Source: Alphaproteobacteria bacterium (GTDB lineage Bacteria > Pseudomonadota > Alphaproteobacteria > Rickettsiales > SXRF01). From it: a stretch of 50,635 nt of DNA. The notes under the pieces were generated by a model, which worked only from the letters and a program-made list of their open reading frames with translations, was not told where the DNA came from and did not search any database. Made by a program: the position numbers and the translations under genes. This document shows, one piece after another, positions 48,420-50,635 of the stretch; the stretch's first letter is position 1, and the number at the start of each line of letters is the position of its first letter. The stretch covers positions 1-50,635 of the forward strand of contig JAYULW010000046.1 in the NCBI GenBank assembly GCA_043763155.1. The letters are read 5' to 3'.

Positions 48420-49186
48420 TGGCGGCCCCTGTTGTTGTTTTAGTGCGCCCGCAGATGGGCGAGAATATTGGCGCGGTGGCGCGTGCCATGACCAATTTTG
48501 GTTTATCCGAATTACGATTAGTGGCGCCGCGCGACGGGTGGCCGAACCGCAAGGCCATGGAGATGGCAGCGGGTGCGACGCATATTATTCAGGGTGTGAA
48601 GGTGTTTGAGACGTTTGCGGCGGCGCTTGCGGATGTGCAGCATGTGTATGCCACCACGGCGCGGCCACGCGATATGGAGAAGCTGGTGCTGGAGCCAGCG
48701 GAGGCCATGATCCAGCTTTGCGAGCAGCAGGCGGGCGGGTGGAAAACGGCTTTGGTTTTTGGGCCGGAGCGGACGGGGCTGGAGAATGAAGAAACGGCAG
48801 CGTGCAATACGCTGATTACCATCCCCACCGCGCCGGAGAATAGTTCGCTGAACCTTGCGCAGGCATGTGTGATTATTGGGTATGAATGGTGGCGCAGGCA
48901 GGGGCACCCGACGCCTTCGAGGCAATTGCCGGAGGTTGCGCCACGGGAAGACTGGAACGGGCTTCTTACACAGCTGGAGAGCTATTTAGACGCGGTGGAT
49001 TATTACCGGGTGGCGGCGAAGAAAATGATCATGTGGCATAATGTGCAGACGATGATGCTTCGGGCGCAATGGAGCGCGCAGGAGGTGCGCTCGATGCGCG
49101 GGATTATGCGGGCGCTGTGGGAGAAGCGGCGGCTGGTGGGCGAGGCGGTTGACCCGCCAGAGAAAGATATTCCGCAGGATTCTTAG
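48419..49186 (+). CDS. trmJ: TrmJ/LasT-type SPOUT tRNA methyltransferase
   Basis: LVRPQMGENIGAVARAMTNFG, ATTAR, FGPERTGL, SSLNLAQA. Confidence 0.88.
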   Translation: MAAPVVVLVRPQMGENIGAVARAMTNFGLSELRLVAPRDGWPNRKAMEMAAGATHIIQGVKVFETFAAALADVQHVYATTARPRDMEKLVLEPAEAMIQLCEQQAGGWKTALVFGPERTGLENEETAACNTLITIPTAPENSSLNLAQACVIIGYEWWRRQGHPTPSRQLPEVAPREDWNGLLTQLESYLDAVDYYRVAAKKMIMWHNVQTMMLRAQWSAQEVRSMRGIMRALWEKRRLVGEAVDPPEKDIPQDS

Positions 49187-50313
49187 AACTGCTCGTTGTT
49201 GGTGCCGTCCAGCGGGGTCATCAGGCTGGAAGGCGCACGGTAGCTGTGCATGCCGCGCTGCTTCATGGCGAGGCGTAAGTTTGCCGGGCTATCGGCTTCG
49301 GCGAGGGCCACTTCTTCGGAGATGACACCATTTATATATAATTCCAGCAGGGACTGCTCGAAGGTGCGCATGCCGGTGCCGTAGCCTTTTTCGATGAGTT
49401 CGCGGATTTCGTTTACACGGCCATCGAGAATCATGTTTTTGATGAGGCCTTCGTTGAGCATAACTTCGGTGACGATGCTGCGGCCATTTTCCACATTGCG
49501 CACAAGGCGCTGGGAGATGATGGATTTCAGGTTGAACGATAAGTTCATCAGCACCTGGCGGTGCTTTTCTTCAGGGAAGAAGTTGATGATGCGCTCGACG
49601 GCCTGGTTGGTGTTGTTGGCGTGCAGCGTTGCGAGGCAGAGATGGCCGGTTTCGGCGAAGACGATGGCGTGTTCCATGGTTTCGCGGTCGCGGATTTCGT
49701 CGATGACGATGACGTCTGGCATCTGGCGCAGGGCGTTTTTAAGGCCGATGCCGAAGGAGTAGGTGTCAATGCCCACGTCGCGCTGGGTGATGATGCAGTT
49801 GTTGTGGTCGTGGATGAATTCGATGGGGTCTTCGATGGTTACGATATGGCCGTAGCCGTGCTGGTTGCGGTGGCCGAGCATGGAGGCGAGGGTGGTGGAT
49901 TTGCCGGAGCCGGTGGGGCCTACGACCAGAATCAGGCCGCGTTTTTCCATGATGAGATCGCCGTAGGTGGCGGGCAGTTTCAGCGATTCGAGGCTGGGGA
50001 TTTCGGTGCGGATGCGGCGGATTACCATGCCGGTGTTCTGGCGCTGGCGGAAGAGGTTGATACGCATACGCGCCTTGCCTTCCCAGTCGAAAGCGGTGTT
50101 GTATTCCAGCGTTGCGTCGAACTCGGAGATGGCTTCAGGGCTTAGGATGTCATTGATGATGGAGCGGATGGCTTGCTCATTCATCTTGGTGTCGCCGATG
50201 CGCTCGATGTTGTGGTTCATGCGCATGGTGGGGGGCGCGCCTACGGTGAGGTAGAGGTCGCTGGCGTCCTTGTCTACGAAGATCTGCAAGAGGTTTTTTG
50301 CTGCGATTTCCAT
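49183..50313 (-). CDS. pilU: Type IV pilus retraction ATPase PilU
   Basis: ASDLYLTVGAPP, R.R.N.FRQR, Walker A GPTGSGKST, TIEDPIEF, TQRDVGIDT, FAETGHLCLATLHANN, ADS..NLRL; downstream of pilT. Confidence 0.9.
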   Translation of the reverse strand: MEIAAKNLLQIFVDKDASDLYLTVGAPPTMRMNHNIERIGDTKMNEQAIRSIINDILSPEAISEFDATLEYNTAFDWEGKARMRINLFRQRQNTGMVIRRIRTEIPSLESLKLPATYGDLIMEKRGLILVVGPTGSGKSTTLASMLGHRNQHGYGHIVTIEDPIEFIHDHNNCIITQRDVGIDTYSFGIGLKNALRQMPDVIVIDEIRDRETMEHAIVFAETGHLCLATLHANNTNQAVERIINFFPEEKHRQVLMNLSFNLKSIISQRLVRNVENGRSIVTEVMLNEGLIKNMILDGRVNEIRELIEKGYGTGMRTFEQSLLELYINGVISEEVALAEADSPANLRLAMKQRGMHSYRAPSSLMTPLDGTNNEQF

Positions 50314-50314
50314 A

Positions 50315-50635
50315 TCAGAATTCGTTTGCGCCGCGTTTGGCGTTTTTGCCGCCGGGGCTGTCGTCGGTATCTTCGGAGGTAGAGGTTGCCAGCACTTCGC
50401 GGGCGACAGCGTCGCTTACGGTGCCGTCTTCGACGAGGTTGTTGATGCTGTCTTTCATGATGGTCATGCCGATTTTGCGGCTCATTTGCATAAGCGAGTA
50501 GAGCTGGGGAATTTTGCCTTTGCGGATAAGATTTCGCACAGCGCCGGTGCCGAGCATGATTTCGTGGGCGGCGACGCGGCCGCCGCCTTTGCGCTTCAGC
50601 AGCGTCTGGGCGATGATGGCTTCGAGCGATACGGA
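50315..50635 (-). CDS. pilT: Type IV pilus retraction ATPase PilT, C-terminal part (5' end outside the window)
   Basis: Manual translation SVSLEAIIAQTLLKRKGGGRVAAHEIMLGTGAVRNLIRKGKIPQLYSLMQ contains the PilT AIRNLIRE-like signature. Confidence 0.88.
   Translation of the reverse strand, partial: SVSLEAIIAQTLLKRKGGGRVAAHEIMLGTGAVRNLIRKGKIPQLYSLMQMSRKIGMTIMKDSINNLVEDGTVSDAVAREVLATSTSEDTDDSPGGKNAKRGANEF

Overview
GC-rich alphaproteobacterial chromosome segment, mostly housekeeping and envelope genes: ppdK (cut by the left edge), glyS-panD-phzF-glyQ, aspS, a partial arn-like lipid A modification set (arnC, stand-alone ArnA formyltransferase, arnD), nfuA-secF-maoC-ribF-lspA-DUF3035-2x M16-mutL-wecA-like-pglF/wbpM-like-purH, large NAD-glutamate dehydrogenase, cysQ, gshB, BON/yraN/rsmI/lpoA-like, hemW, gltX-cysS-cimA-trmJ, and pilU plus the 3' end of pilT at the right edge. 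The most unusual part is about 12.9-16.1 kb. Two uncharacterised, Cys/Trp-free, signal-peptide-less proteins are diverged tandem paralogues. Each has its own copy of a spacing-conserved promoter (GTAACAATT-N3-TCAC-N19-TGATAWT) and a related terminator. They are transcribed divergently from an orphan, rickettsial-like VirB2 pilin gene, which is followed by a 92-bp structured tandem repeat. A rickettsial-type VirB2, PilT/PilU and intact biosynthetic genes together suggest a non-reduced, possibly free-living or predatory Rickettsiales-like lineage (inference). No rRNA, tRNA, CRISPR array, transposase or integrase was recognised. All family assignments are from motif recognition by eye, not database searches.
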